From Squalus acanthias (taxonomy: Eukaryota): 64,000 nt of DNA. Positions 24,920-38,330 of the stretch are shown one piece after another. Location: assembly GCA_030390025.1 (NCBI GenBank), contig CM059447.1, forward strand, positions 19,096,001-19,160,000. Reading direction: 5' to 3'. Both the position numbers and the translations under genes were made by a program. Numbering within the stretch: the first letter of the stretch is position 1; each line of letters begins with the position of its first letter. The notes beneath the pieces were generated by a model. The model saw nothing but the letters and a program-made list of their open reading frames with translations. It searched no databases and was not told the DNA's origin.

Positions 24920-26724
24920 AATAATGACTTCTCAAATCTGAATCTCAAATTGTGTGCATCCTGTGCTTTTTAATCAAACAGTTCAAGACTCTGTAAAATG
25001 GCACATAATCCAGGAATACAAAGCGGGGGGGGGGGGGAAAAGGGCACATAATGAACTGACGATTAACTTAAGATTTAACATTTAACAGTAACCCAACGTT
25101 GCAACCAGGTGGATTTCAGAATTTCCATTTGATTTCACTGGGGCAGCAGCCAGTAATTGCACACTCTCCAAAGCAGAGCCTCGACAAGAGTGCTACTGCA
25201 CTGAAGTCTAATGCCAGGAATGTAAACAGATAAGAATGCACAGTGTGCGTCAAAGTACATTATTAAACTACAACATTTTCTATCCGGTTTAATTTAGTTT
25301 TGCAGAAAGAAATACAGATTCATAATCCCTTTTTAAAAATAAACATCTTGGGCCACTTACTATCAGGATCCAGGCTTCCTTAGACAACATCCCCCTCCAC
25401 TGGACATTTTCTTTTTTAATTACAAAAACAAATTCACAGCACTATTTAATAAAGTTATTGCCAATTCTTTTCCTCTAATTGCTTAGAACCTGCTTGTATA
25501 CTTTTGCAAGTATGCAGCATCAAAATGTTGTTATACTTTTCTGCTTGCTGGAGTTTCCTGCCAAAACCTCTTCACCTTGCTACTTCTGTCCCCACCTTTT
25601 AAAGTCCCTTAAAACCGTGCCTTTAGTTATCCCTCCACTTTCACCCATTACTGCTCTGTGTCTGTACTCTACAATGTGAAGCACCTTGGGATATTTCATT
25701 ATGTTAAAGGCGCTGTAAAAATGAAAGTTGCTTGTTGGATATATCCAACTACATCACTGCAGTAATGCCCAAAAAGCCATTTAACAATTAGTTGTTAAAA
25801 CTTGTGTGTAATTATTTTCCCTATGGGGTTACATTTCAGCTAAATGTAAGCTATTTTGCTGGTAAGCAAATATATATTTTAGCTTCTATTTGCCTTGGTT
25901 ATCAAAGACACCTCTGGTGATTCATTACCACAGCACATTGGTATATCAACATATACCAACGGGGAAGGTTGGGAGGAGGCTTGAGTGGAGCATAAACGCC
26001 GGCATGGACTGGTTGGGCTGAATGGCCTGTTTCTGTGCTGTATATTCCACGTAATTATGTAGTGGAGTAATAGAACATAGGTTTGCACTCATTATTATCT
26101 ATGGAGAGTACTTGATGGGGAAGAAGAAGGATAATTTTTTTTTTTTAAAAGAAGCCTGCTTAAAATACACTTTAATCATGGCCTAGCAGGAGGTCTGTGC
26201 CTGCTCTTTTTGTGGGGACTTAAGTTGAGATTTTGAAAAACCCTTGTCCTTATTTGTTCTGTCTTGACAACAACTAACAATCACAAACCTCAGAATATGT
26301 TGTTACCCCATTTGGAAAATAAACTATGCTTTTATTACTTTGGTAAAGATACCTGCTTGCCAACTATTAGTTTGCTACTGTTTTAGAAAATGTCTCTTAA
26401 TGTTCCACTAACGGTAGCCAACACACAGGACATTTGATTTGTCGAGTCTGCTCAGTTCTCAATTGGGTCTGTGCTGAGTGGGGAAGCACTGGATGAGGGA
26501 CCGGTGTCTCCTGCAGGAGTGAGGGAAAAACTCAGATGCAGCGCACCCTGGGCACTTGGTGACTGGCCAGCGAAAGGCACTGGCCTGAGAGTAGATTACC
26601 GAAACATTCTTTTGACAACTGAGGCATACGGTGGGGAATGGAAATAAGTGCGCATATTTAATGGATGGTAAAATCCCAATTTTTTTTTAGTAGCCATGAT
26701 GTGTTGGACTGGGGTGGACAAAAG

Positions 26725-26864
26725 TGAGAAGTCGCACAACACCAGGTTATAGTCCAGCAGCTTTATTTGAAATCACAAGCTTTCGGACGAAGGAGCAGGG
26801 CTCTGAAAGCTTGTGATTTCAAATAAAGCTGTTGGACTATAACCTGGTGTTGTGCGACTTCTCA
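26725..26864. repeat. Near-perfect inverted repeat (60-bp arms), Penelope-like pLTR derivative
   Basis: Arms 26725-26784 and 26805-26864 differ at one position; loop and right arm read gacga-aggagc-agg-gctct-gaaa-gctt (hammerhead-like core). Confidence 0.85.
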
Positions 26865-27499
26865 ATTTTTTTTTTTTAAATAAGGGGTACAGTTTTCATA
26901 TGAAAATTCTGCTTGATCCTCCTGGAAACTATCTTTGCTTTGTTTCTTTTTAACTATTTATCGATGTCCATGGCATTACATATGGGAAGTGAAGATCAAG
27001 TGTAGTCTTCCAGTGAAGTGCGATTAGAGGGTGGGGGATAATTGGTCTAGACTGCACAGAGGTAATTCGATCCCTATTTTACAGTCTTACATTCTGTCCT
27101 TATTTTGTATAATACTTTGATTTTATACAATTTATAGTTAAATAGCAAAACTTACAGCAATTTGAAGTTGTTGGCCGGAGCATAGAAGTTTCTCTGCAGT
27201 ACAAGCTGAGTTTGGAAATACAAAACTGAGGTGCCACAGTGCCACCACTGACGTGAGGGTGTAATTGCAGCATGACAAGTTTACATAGTCAATTTCCATT
27301 ATAAATGTGACACATAGCAATTTATAATGGGAAAAGTTGACAAGGTTTTGGTTTTGTCGATGGGAAATGCATGCAGACACAAGATTTTATACATATAGAT
27401 GTATTGTAACAAAAAAGAAAAACTTAATGGGTACTTGTAAGCCGAAATCAATCAGGCTAACTAGAATCTAGCTTAAGTAAATTTGCTTTGAACACATAC

Positions 27500-27603
27500 C
27501 TGCACTCATTACACCTTGTACGTCTGTTTCCTGAATGCATCGCTCCACGTCACTCAGGTATTGGATGTTGCCATTTGCAAAAACAGGGATGTTCACTTCT
27601 TTC
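27500..27603 (-). CDS. DUS1L: DUS1L exon 7 (ANGNI motif)
   Basis: [35 protein letters not shown]; AG/GT; 104 nt, phase 2-1. Confidence 0.96.
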
Positions 27604-29226
27604 CTGCATTGAACAGCATATTTCATTTTTTTTTTAGGAAGATCTTTAGTTACCAAACTTGTAGTTAATTATCTGTGTAACTGAATGAGATCAATTGTAG
27701 TGTCTATGTTCACTTGTATATATGAAATTTTATATTAAGATCAAAAATTGTTAACTCTCAAAACTATTACTAGTGTCTCGTTAGAAGACAATCCTATGCA
27801 GCACAATGTGAGAAATATATCCAGCTCTTTGACGAAGGAATGAATTGACACAAAATCAACTGCTTTTACTGGGAGCCTATTCGACAAATCCATTGTTTGG
27901 GAAGAAATCTATCTTCTAATCTCTAGTTTCGCTTGAGGATTATTCATTCTAAGACCTGTGTTCTCTAGTTCTATGCTCACAATCCAAATCAAATAGCCTG
28001 CTTCTACACGCATCATCTACAGCCCTCAGTTTTTAAAATAATCTGCATAATGTTCCCTCCCAATCCCAATAATCTTTTTCTCCAATGTAAACTTCAGGTT
28101 TGCAAGTTCCTCCTTAGAACTTATCGTCCTTGAATCTTGGAACCATCCTTTGCACTTTTCTCTGAACCCTCTTCAACACATCAAAGATTGTTTTTGTCAA
28201 TCGAATGTCACTCCTGTAAAGGAGGTGCAATGATAAGGGGGACAATAGAGTAAAATTGAGGAGCCACGGTGGGCTCCCAGGATACAATGCTTGTGAATGG
28301 ACCAACTGACAAACTTGCAAGTACGATAAGCGTCAGCTCCACATGCTAAATAATATGCTCAACTGGACCCTTTCAGGTTTTCTGTGTATACATGGGGGAT
28401 TTACAATCAGTATTTATTTTGCATAAAACTTTCGGAGCTATATAAAACGTGGTGGATGGTAGCATGATACTTGATGAGCTTCCATGCTCCAATTGTGTTC
28501 TGGGGACACAAGGATCGAACCATGTGAAAGAGGAAGCTGCAAAAAACCACGCACAGAGTACACAAAGTGCTGTGGAGGGAAGGTCAACGGGATGACAGAA
28601 ATTATCAATGAAACGGTGAAAGAGCTCGAGTTGTTGTTTGGGTGGGATCGGACGCCGATAGAATCCTACATACTTAAGATTGGTCTGTTTCATCGGGTTT
28701 TATTACATATTTGAAAGTTGTTACGATTAGTTGTAAGACCACTTCCTTATGGGGAGATGGAGAAAGGGAAAGGTATTGTGTGAATGAGAATGGGCTAGAA
28801 GAGGTCAGCACTGCTCTTGTAGTTGTCTCTGGAGCTACTGTTCCTTCCTGAAGGTGTGGTGATCTGCACGGGGAAAGTAGCACCATCAAAAAAAATTAAA
28901 ACACACTGTCATCTAATAGCGTTAGAGACCTAAAGATGGTATTAGAAGTGTGTGGATAGTGCTGGTAGTGTAGAAATATCCCAAATTCATCAATCTCACA
29001 AGATTGAAATCACTGATCTTTCACTCTTGTGTTCACATGAAGTTAAAACTAAACTTGCTTTTATTTTACTTGCAGAACTTTGATAACATGGCCATAGATA
29101 AGCCAAGATTCCACTCCTAACTGTGCATTCCTTCACTCACTTTGCTGATGAGAAAGATGTAAAGAATTCACTTACAGTACGAGACCAATGTTGCACTTGT
29201 TACCTATTATTTTGTATACTGCCCAG

Positions 29227-29393
29227 CAATGTTCCCCGTAGGCTGCACTATGTTCTGCGTGGCCTGTTTCTATCAATGCGCGGTCCCTTTAAATTTCTGT
29301 GCATGAGGGGTAGCTCCAATGTAAAAGCTTGTGAGCGGCCTGCGCGGGACCTTGCAGCTTACTGCGCGCGCGCGTAGCTTAGAGGAAACATTG
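29227..29393. mobile_element. hAT-type MITE
   Basis: TIR caatgttccccgtaggct / agcttagaggaaacattg; exact 8-bp TSD CTGCCCAG (29219-29226, 29394-29401). Confidence 0.88.
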
Positions 29394-29418
29394 CTGCCCA
29401 GTAGTATTGGCTGCTTAC

Positions 29419-29501
29419 CTCACAGCTTTTATGTGTTCCCAGTCAGCTACACCGGTCAGGGGCCCCTTTTGTTCCTTGGTACGACCGTGAACAGTTAGCA
29501 G
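29419..29501 (-). CDS. DUS1L: DUS1L exon 6 (VHGRT motif)
   Basis: [27 protein letters not shown]; AG/GT; 83 nt, phase 0-2. Confidence 0.96.
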
Positions 29502-30386
29502 CTGAAACAGATTAGAGATTTCTCGCTTGTATATGTATTTGAAAACCATAACATTTGGAAAGCACGGAGGTCAACAGCAGTTGTGTGACAAGCAACATAA
29601 TTCTTCTTTTGTTCTAACTGTGTAACATAATGAGTTTCACTGAAATGGCATTTATCTTTATTCCGTGCAAGATTTTGTAGATCTGTTGACTGTAATAGGA
29701 TTCATTACATTTGAATATCAGTTTGCTGCAAAGAGAATGCTTCTCATCTTCCACGCCCCCTTTCATATTTACAAAAAGGAGCAACATTCCTCAAAAGAGG
29801 GTTTAAAATTAAGGCAGTTTTTTTGCTTTGAGCCCATACCCACAAGAAGCAGAGCTGGGACAATGGAAACTTGTATAGGGCCAAAAGAGAAACTAGACTT
29901 TAATCCTATTGGTTTGAGCTAGATTTGAACACCAGTCCCACAGGCGAGTGTGCCAAAATTTCCCCAAACCAGTTAATGTAATACAGTAATCAGATACTGT
30001 ACTATAGTGTCGCCACGTTTGCTTCAGGAGAAAATATCTGAAATTAAATGTAGGGCATTGGGTTTCGGAGTTAATTTTACATGATTTGGAATTCTCCCAA
30101 ATTCAAAATGTATTGATTCTGGTTATATATAAAAACTAATTTTGTATTTAAATAATGCCTTAGAACATCAAAACATCTCAGTGCTTCAAACGAATTAGTT
30201 TTGAAGTGCAATGGTTGCTGGGGGGCGGGGGTAGGTTATATACAGAAACCCTCATTAGTTAAATGGGCCCTCTCCAATCTTCTGCAGAAGTTGGAATAAG
30301 TAACCATGCATATTTGAATCAATTCACAGCAGTGTAACATCCTCAGCTCGGATATTTATTTTGAATAAGTAAGTTACCAGTTTAAG

Positions 30387-30731
30387 GGTACGGCAGCATA
30401 GTGGTCACGTTACTGGACTAGTAATCCAGAGGCCTGGACTAAAGATCCAGAGATGTGAGCTCAAATCCAAATGTGGAATTTAAATTCAGTTTATTAAATA
30501 AATCTGGTCTGGCCTATATGTGACTCCAGACCCACAGCAATGTGGTTGACTCCTTAACTGCCCTCTGAAATGGCCTAGCAAGTCACTCAGTTGTACCAAA
30601 CAAGTATACAGCACTGTGGGAGTAACTTCACCACATGGACTGCGGCGGTTGAAGGAGGACAATTAGGGATGGGCAATAAATGCTGGCTGTGCCAGCGACG
30701 CCCACATCCCGTGAACGAATTTAAAAAAAAA
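30387..30731 (+). mobile_element. SINE-like element with LINE-derived tail (internally deleted)
   Basis: Same head as 63592-64000; tail caattagggatgggcaataaatgctggc...cccacatccc shared with the LINE at 45325-45970. Confidence 0.8.
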
Positions 30732-31109
30732 TTGTGTGAAGGAATACTCCGATTTCAAATAGTTTTGACTCAACTGTCCAAAAGCTCAAATTTTGATTTT
30801 TCTCTTTGCAAACGGAGAGAAAATGAGTTAAATGTACCGTAAATATAGGTTACTCACTGGCTTACAATTTGATTATATTGTCTTGCAGAGTTCATTACTG
30901 AATAATACATGGCTCTGAATCATGACACAATACTGCAATCAAAAGGAAGGTCAGAAAGTAATTGTACCAAAATCTACCTATCATGGAAAATATAGCTTTA
31001 CAGGAATAATAAGCATATGTTCTGCTAAATATTTCATAAAGCACATTAGTTTCTCTTCCGAAGCATGGAAACTCTGACCATATTATTTGAAAGCAAACTT
31101 TCTGGCTCA

Positions 31110-31960
31110 GGTGATATAGATGGGTTGGTTAGATGGGCAGAACAGTGGAATTTAACCCTGAAAAGTGTGAGGTGATGCATTTTGGGAGGACTAATAAAGC
31201 AAGGGAATACACAATGAATGGTAGGATCCTAGGAAGGACAGAGGATCAGAGAGACCTTGGTGTGCATGTACATAGATCCCTGAAGGCAGCAGGACAGGTA
31301 GATAAGGTGGTTAAAAAGGCATATGGGATACTTGCCTTCATTAGCCGAGGCATAGAATATAAGAGCAGGGAGGTTATGATGGAGCTGTACAAAACGCTAG
31401 TTAGGCCAGAGCTGGAATACTGTGTGCAGTTCTGGTCGCCATACTATAGGAAGGATGTGATTGCATTGGAGAGGGTGCAGAGGAGATTCACCAGGATGTT
31501 ACCTGGGCTGCAGCGCTTCAGCTATGAAGAGAGACTGGACAGGCTGGGGTTGTTTTCCTTAAAGCAGAGAAGGCTGAGGGGGGACCTGACTGAGGTGTAC
31601 AAAATTATGAGGGGCATAGATAGGATAGATAGAAAGGAACTTTTCCCCTTAGTAGAGGGGTCAATAACCAGGGGGCATAGTTTCAAGGTAAGGGGCAGGA
31701 GGTTTAGAGGGGATTTGAGGAAAAACTTTTTCACCCAGAGGGTGGTTGGAATCTGGAACTCACTGCCCGAAAGGGTGGTAGAGGCAGGAACCCTCACAAC
31801 ATTCAAGAAGCATTTAGATGAGCACTTGAAACGCCATAGCATACAAGGCTACGGACCAAGTGCTGGAAAATGGGATTAGAATAGACAGGGATTGATGGAC
31901 GGCGTGGACACAATGGGCCGAAGGGCCTCTTTCTGTGCTGTATAAATCTATGACTATGAC
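31110..31960 (+). mobile_element. CR1 LINE 3' fragment with open 248-aa frame
   Basis: ORF 31133-31879: FNPEKCEVMHFG, DLGV.V, LEYCVQFWSP, FFTQRVVGIWNSLP; tail (ctatga)n. Confidence 0.93.
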
Positions 31961-32111
31961 ACTACTGACTGAGCCAAGCTAACACCTTTAGAATTACAAA
32001 TCACCCAAATGTGGGTGATGAACATGTGCCAGATAACTCCATACTTACTGTATTAAAACCTTCACAACAATCAGGATTATTGGAAGACAAAATATAGATG
32101 TCTTTATTTAC

Positions 32112-32224
32112 CTGGCAACCTGCTTTCTCCAGCATCTTTGCATATTGCACAGTTTTACTGACTTCTGGGAAAACCCGGATTTTGCATGTGATGGGGACAG
32201 AGATTCTCTTATGTGCCTCAGAAA
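32112..32224 (-). CDS. DUS1L: DUS1L exon 5
   Basis: [38 protein letters not shown]; AG/GT; 113 nt, phase 1-0. Confidence 0.96.
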
Positions 32225-32656
32225 CTGCGAAAGGAAAATTAAACATAATGAATACATATTTCTCATTTGCTGCTACCTTTATTTTCATTCTTTGAGATAA
32301 GCTAGCAACTTACTCTCAGGCCTCTCTGTAATGCTCAGTACGCCAGGGTGGCACACCCGCTAGTTTCAATTTCCTTTTTCTGGTGATGTATCTGTTTTTA
32401 CTCAACGCATTTCCCAAGTTCCCTGCTAAAATCAGGAATTTGTCATATGGAGATATGTAGCTTTAAAACTGTCCTACCACTCTGCAAAACATTGGCAGAG
32501 CAGTATGTTTTGCTACTGAACCAGCTAACATGCAATCTTTTGTCTGCATCACTGGCCTTTCCTCGCTCTTTCCCTCTCTTTACTCCCCCTTCCCATGCCA
32601 TGTACTAATTGTGTCTCCCAAGCTGGGAAGTATATGGCTTGTGAAGTGCAGTGCAT

Positions 32657-32962
32657 GGGGAATCTAGAACACGGGGTCACAGTCACAGAATAAGGGGTCG
32701 GCCATTTAGGACTGATGAGGAGAAATGTCTTCACTCAAAGGGGTGTGAATCTGTGGAATTCACTACCCCAGAGAGCTGTGGATGCTCAGTCGTTGAGTAT
32801 ATTCAAGGCAGAGGTCGATAGATTTTGGGGAACGAAGGGAATTAAGGGATATGGGGATAGTGTGGGAAGATGGAGTTGAGGTAGAAGATCAGCCATGATC
32901 TTGTTGAATGACGGAGCGGGCTCGAAGGGCCAAATGGCCGACTCCTGCTCCTTATGTTCTTA
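32657..32962 (+). mobile_element. CR1 LINE 3' fragment
   Basis: tRGHS..I.G...FTQR.VNLWNSLP pattern with CR1-type 3' UTR. Confidence 0.8.
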
Positions 32963-33315
32963 AGTTTCTGAATTACTGGAAACAGCCTGCTGTGATTAAA
33001 CAGCTTTCACCTGGAGGGTCCATGCTGTACATACAAACCACAGGATGACATAATTTCACGGAGTTCTCTCCCCATAAAGATTCTTCAATCGCCCTTAAAT
33101 TTTGCACTTGCAGCACACTGCACATAGGGGGCAAATGCTACAGTAGGGAAAGCTTGTTCAGTGAGCAGCCTCCACCCACATTAAACATCTCCCAGAACGG
33201 GTTTCTGAAACTTGAAGCATATAATGCCAAATACTAAAACATACATCCTAACTCGGCTCCAAGAAACTGAAGAGGTCCTGTACAGAATTCTTTGTTTCAA
33301 TAACGAAGTACTCAC

Positions 33316-33366
33316 GCATTTTGTGTAGCAAGTCCCATTCTTCCTGTAGAAATGCTCCATAGTGCC
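33316..33366 (-). CDS. DUS1L: DUS1L exon 4
   Basis: GHYGAFLQEEWDLLHKM; AG/GT; 51 nt, phase 1-1. Confidence 0.95.
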
Positions 33367-34336
33367 CTGTAAACAGATTGAATACACAGAAGTCAAGTTT
33401 AATTATAGTTAGTCCGGATGTTCTCATACAAAAAGTGACTTCTACTTGATTAAAATAGGATTGTTATTTTCAAGAATGAGGTAGACTCAAAGAGTGGAAC
33501 ATTCTGAGGCCCCATGCCAAGGACATGGTCCTCACATGCAGCAGGGAGCTTACTGGAAATCCACAGGTTTTTCCACCCATTGATGTAAATGGATGAAAAA
33601 CCGTGACCACGTAACCCGCAAATTCCCAATGTCACCTCGCCTCACAAGTAGCGAGGGGGGGCCTCCAAAGATTAACCACAAATTAGACTGTAAGTGATTT
33701 ATGGTGCATCTTAAATCAGAATAAGATCGCAATTGATGCAGTGTCCCCCTGTAGCCCTTTTCAGTTTATGAATAAAAATAAACCTTCGTGATGTCGTTAT
33801 TGTATTGGCCTTTTGAAAACATACAAAGAATAGAATATATGAGGCTCAGACTTCTACTGCTGCTGCTGGTTCCTACAACTCGGTCAGGAATTCAAGACCC
33901 AGCAGAGATCAGTGCTGTAACTGGATGAACTTCATACCATCTCACAGGCTTTTCTTTTTAAAGAGTTTTCTGAATTGATGTTTCTTTTCTCTCGCACGTT
34001 CTCATATGTAACAAACATATGTTACAGGACAATGGGTTACAAATAGCAAATTAAAATAGCTCGCATTTCCTCTTAGATAACTGCTTTAAGTTAGACGTAC
34101 ATGAAAACTCAGGATGGTCATCAGATGACAATTAACATTTCAACGTCACCTCCCGAATTTTATCCTCGGTTACTTACAGCCCACCAAACACTCAAATGCC
34201 GCACTTCTGAAAAAGTTTACCCTCTTAGAGGACTACCCTTCCGAACTCTAAATATATATTTAGTTATTTCAGCCAAATGAATATATAGTGAGTAATTTGT
34301 AGTTCAGAACTATTTTCAGCTAACTAAAATATAGGT

Positions 34337-34797
34337 CATAGAGTCATACATTACAGAAGGCCGCCATTCGGCCAATCGAGTCCATGCCGGCTCTCTGTAG
34401 AGCAATCCAGTCAGTCCCATTCCCCCGCAGCCCTGCAAGTTTATTTCCCTCAAGTGCCTATCCAGTCTCCCCTTGAAAACATTGAGTGTCTCCGCTTCCA
34501 CCACTTCCGTCGGCAGCGAGTTCCAGGTCCTCACCACTCGCTGCGTAAAAAAGTTTTTCCTCACATCCCCCCGTATCTCTTGTCCAAAACCTTAAATCTC
34601 TGTCCCCTAGTCCTTGTACCATTAACTAGTGGGAACAGCCTTTCCCCGTCTAGCCTATCCAAACCCGTCATAATCTTGTACACCTCTATCAAATCACCCC
34701 TCAAGCTCCTTTGCGCTAATGAAAACAAATCCAGCTTCTCCAACCTGTCCTCGTAACTAAGATCCCCCATCCCCGGAACCATTCTGGTAAATCTCCT
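34337..34797 (-). mobile_element. CR1 LINE 3' fragment
   Basis: RRFTRMVPG...LRGDLIEVYKIM...[14 protein letters not shown]. Confidence 0.88.
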
Positions 34798-35929
34798 CGG
34801 CAATGAATATATTTGAAACTAATTTGTTTTTCTGTTCTATTAAAAAATCCAGATCTTTCTATGCAATTGAATTTTGACAGTGAGTTCAGTATGATTCGTT
34901 ACTGTTGGCATCTAAAGATTTCACATCACTTCCTTAATTTAGAAGACTATTTGCAAGTATATGCCACCATAAACTGCACTACTATCATTGCACACTAGAT
35001 GGTGCCCCAATCCCAGGGCTGTAGATATGTGCATATTAATTGGAAAAGAACATGGTCCATTTTAACTTCAGCATTCCATGTTGTGCAACTGTCTTATTTT
35101 TTTTATAGAAAAACAAGATACTACTGTTACTATATTAATACAATGCATGAAAGCTACTCACTTGACTCAAACTGTAAACGTTCAGAATAGCTTTGTACAA
35201 GTATTATTTTAGGACATCACAAGCAAGACTCAACTGCTAATGTGCACAAAGTTCTCACTTAATGACCAGCTCTACCCTTTGATGATCTTTACGTTCAATG
35301 TTTTTGCTGACTGACACTGTGATCAGGCCATTAGATCTTCGGTATTATACACCGGCAAATCCATAGTGTTTCAAGATTAAAATGCCAGGAATCGGGCAAT
35401 ATTCATAAACCATTTAATCTTTGCTCACATGCTTTATAAAATCACTAATAACTTGCAATATACCTGCCGTTCTAATACTGAACTCTCAGGTGCAGCATTT
35501 GAATAAGGAAAACATCAAAGTACAATTTTAGACCAAGTAAACTATTTTATATATTATCAGTACCTCAAAGAAAGAAATCTGAGCACATTTTATATTTATC
35601 ATAGCTTTCAACCATTAAGCTTCAACATTTATGTAATGCAGCTGGCTTTTATTGGTTAGTACACATCCTCATAAGCAAAATACACAATTTAAAAAGCGTT
35701 AATGCCTTATTGGTAGCATTTTGATCATTTCTATAACCATTTCAGCTCCATTACAGATCAACCAGAAATAAGATAAGTCCCAAGATGCTGTCAGTTCAGC
35801 CAGCAATTTCTCACATGCTGGATCTGGCCAGTGGTGATGCCATTGGCTGGACAGTCAGTAGATTATCTTACACTCCGACAGCATCAGTGCAGGTTAGTAC
35901 GTCAAGAAAACAGAAATAAACTCTGATAC

Positions 35930-36038
35930 CTCGTTTTGCAATCATCTGTGGACAGCCCAAGTTCAGATCAATGGCATTGCAGTAATCCTGAGCTAGCAGA
36001 CAGGCTTGGACAAACACTTCTGGGTCATTGGCACAGAA
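35930..36038 (-). CDS. DUS1L: DUS1L exon 3 (NLGCP catalytic Cys motif)
   Basis: [36 protein letters not shown]; AG/GT; 109 nt, phase 0-1. Confidence 0.97.
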
Positions 36039-37321
36039 CTGGAACAAAAAACGAGTCAGCATTAGAGCACAATGATGGTAAGTAATAAGACCAACCTAAT
36101 CCCGCCACAATATACAGTGGCAGATTTCTGCTCTTGTACTTGGGGGGTATTGGATGACCTGGATGCAGCGCATAAAAGATTAATGGCTCGAACATCGGTC
36201 GGGCTCCATTACAGATGTGGAAATCCTCCTGCCCAATTTTCCTCTCTCTTGCTGCACCCAGGTGATCCTATTGAATCCAAGTGCAAAAGCAGGAAAGTCT
36301 TCCCCCCTAAAGATCTCAGTACGGCAGTTTGTAAGTTTGCTAAGTTTGGGAGTAATTCCTGAGAATCAGAGTGGCTAGCAAAGGGTCAAGAAACCAGCAA
36401 ACTACAGAACAGTAAAGTTTATCATCTGTTTTAGGGAAAGACATTAAGACAAGTTAAAGATCTAATAGCTGAACACTCCAAAAAAACATAACTTGTTAAA
36501 GGACAGACAGAATGAAGTCCTGTTTAACCTGGAGTTTTTATTGGAAGATATTATTGACATTGTGGACAGGGTTTCATAATAGACTGGAATTTTTAAAAAG
36601 CTTTTATAGATTTGACATGGGTGTTCAATGGCAAAACTAAGGAGCCACCAAATAGGAGCTGCAGTGTGGCACTGGATAGAAAACAGTCAAACTTTTCAGG
36701 CTGGAAAGAGGTCACAAGCAGGGCATTCCAGGGATCAAGCAGGGATTAACATACATTAATAATAAGCAAATTCTCTGTGTGCAAATATCAAAATGAGTGG
36801 CAGGGCAAATAATGAACAATCCAACCCATTTCAAGATTTAGATCTTTTAGGTAACTGAGCCAATTGATAACTGATGTAATCAAAGCGGATCAGAGTAAAA
36901 TAATTAGTTTGTGAGCAGGGAATCAAAAGGTGCATGCTGAATGGAAGTGTCGCAACTGAGCTTGGGATTATAGTAAATAAATGTATGAAAGTTAGCCCAA
37001 TGCAAATAGGACAAGACAGGAACAGTAACTGGAGATACATATTAAGGAGTCAAATACATTGTGGTATAGCCAGGTTGAGGATTTTCCTGTCGAAGTACTA
37101 GGTGTACTTTATGACTTCACAGTGCTGCGTTTCCTGGCATGAATATTTTAGTTCTCATTTTTTCTGTTAATGCACTCTTAAATTACATAAATACTTTAAA
37201 TTCAAATCATTAAACAGAATGACATTACAATTTAAGGATACGGGGGAGTATAATCAGAAGCTCAAAGTGCTAATGAGATAGTTTGACTTTATTCCTGTTG
37301 CAGCTGCCCTGGATGCCATAC

Positions 37322-37558
37322 CTGAACAACTAGTGGCCGATCCTCTGCGTTCACCTCATTGTATAGGTTCTCCTTTCTGTAGTTTGCATCCCGTACAAAC
37401 ACCTGGGCATGAAGCATGGGCGTGTAACAGAGCTGGGCACCGTGGCGACGACTAAGCAACCTCCACGCAAGCTCACTCTGATCCACCATTGGAGCAACCA
37501 CATATCGGGCGCCATTTAGCGTGGTCCTCCAGAAATCAAACCCATGAAGTTTCGGCAT
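37322..37558 (-). CDS. DUS1L: tRNA-dihydrouridine(16/17) synthase-like, first coding exon
   Basis: [10 protein letters not shown]...[27 protein letters not shown]...DRPLVVQ; acceptor at 37569-37570, GT donor; 237 coding nt. Confidence 0.97.
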
Positions 37559-37873
37559 CCTGGCTGGGCTGCAAAAAATAGCAGGGTGGAACTTTTAAAG
37601 AAAGCCTAAACGACAGATCTTAATAGCAGACCACTGCGGCAGACACTGCTCAACAAAAAGCTGCTGTCCTGTAACAGTGCATCTGAATACTGAAATCCGG
37701 CTCATGTTAATCTGGAAATTGTTACTATGAACTATTCCAAATCAGACACAAGTCAACCAGAATAAACTTGGCATAAAACTTTCCTACATATACCTCACTC
37801 AGTCCAAAACACAGCAGAATCGTTAATTTTTTTGTTGTTGTAATTTTCTTAGAGCATGAACTTCCATTTACAT

Positions 37874-38330
37874 AAAGACTTGCATTTCTATAGCGCCTCT
37901 CACGACCACCGGACAACCCAAAGCGCTTTACAGGCAATGAAGTACTTTTTGAAGTGTACTCGCTGTTGTAATGTAGGAAACGTGGCAGCCAATTTGCGCA
38001 CAGCAAGCTCCCACAAACAGCAATGTGATAATGACCAGATAATCTGTTTTAGTGATGTTGATTGAGGGATAAATATTGGCCAGGACACCAGGGAATAACT
38101 CCCCTGCTCTTCTTCAAAATAGTGCCGCGGGATCTTTTACGTCCACCTGCGGGAGCAGACAGGGCCTCGGTTTAACGTCTCATCCGAAAGACGGCACCTC
38201 TGACAGTGCAACACTCCCTCGGTACTGCAGTGGAGTGTCAGCCTAGCTTTGTGTCTCTGGAGTGGGATTTGAACCCACGACCTTCTGACTCAGAGGCGAG
38301 AGTGCTACCAGCTGAGCCACTGGCTGACAC
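37874..38330 (-). mobile_element. DeuSINE (SacSINE1-like), full length; a partial degenerate copy follows at 38331-38650
   Basis: tRNA-like head (tggctcag..ggtagcac; ggttcaaatcc), Deu-like core, gcgctatagaaatgcaag tail. Confidence 0.85.

Noticed and set aside
28373-28889. Opposing ORFs with coding-like composition
   Set aside because: No recognisable domain or splice context; adjacent to a decayed CR1 piece and likely old repeat.
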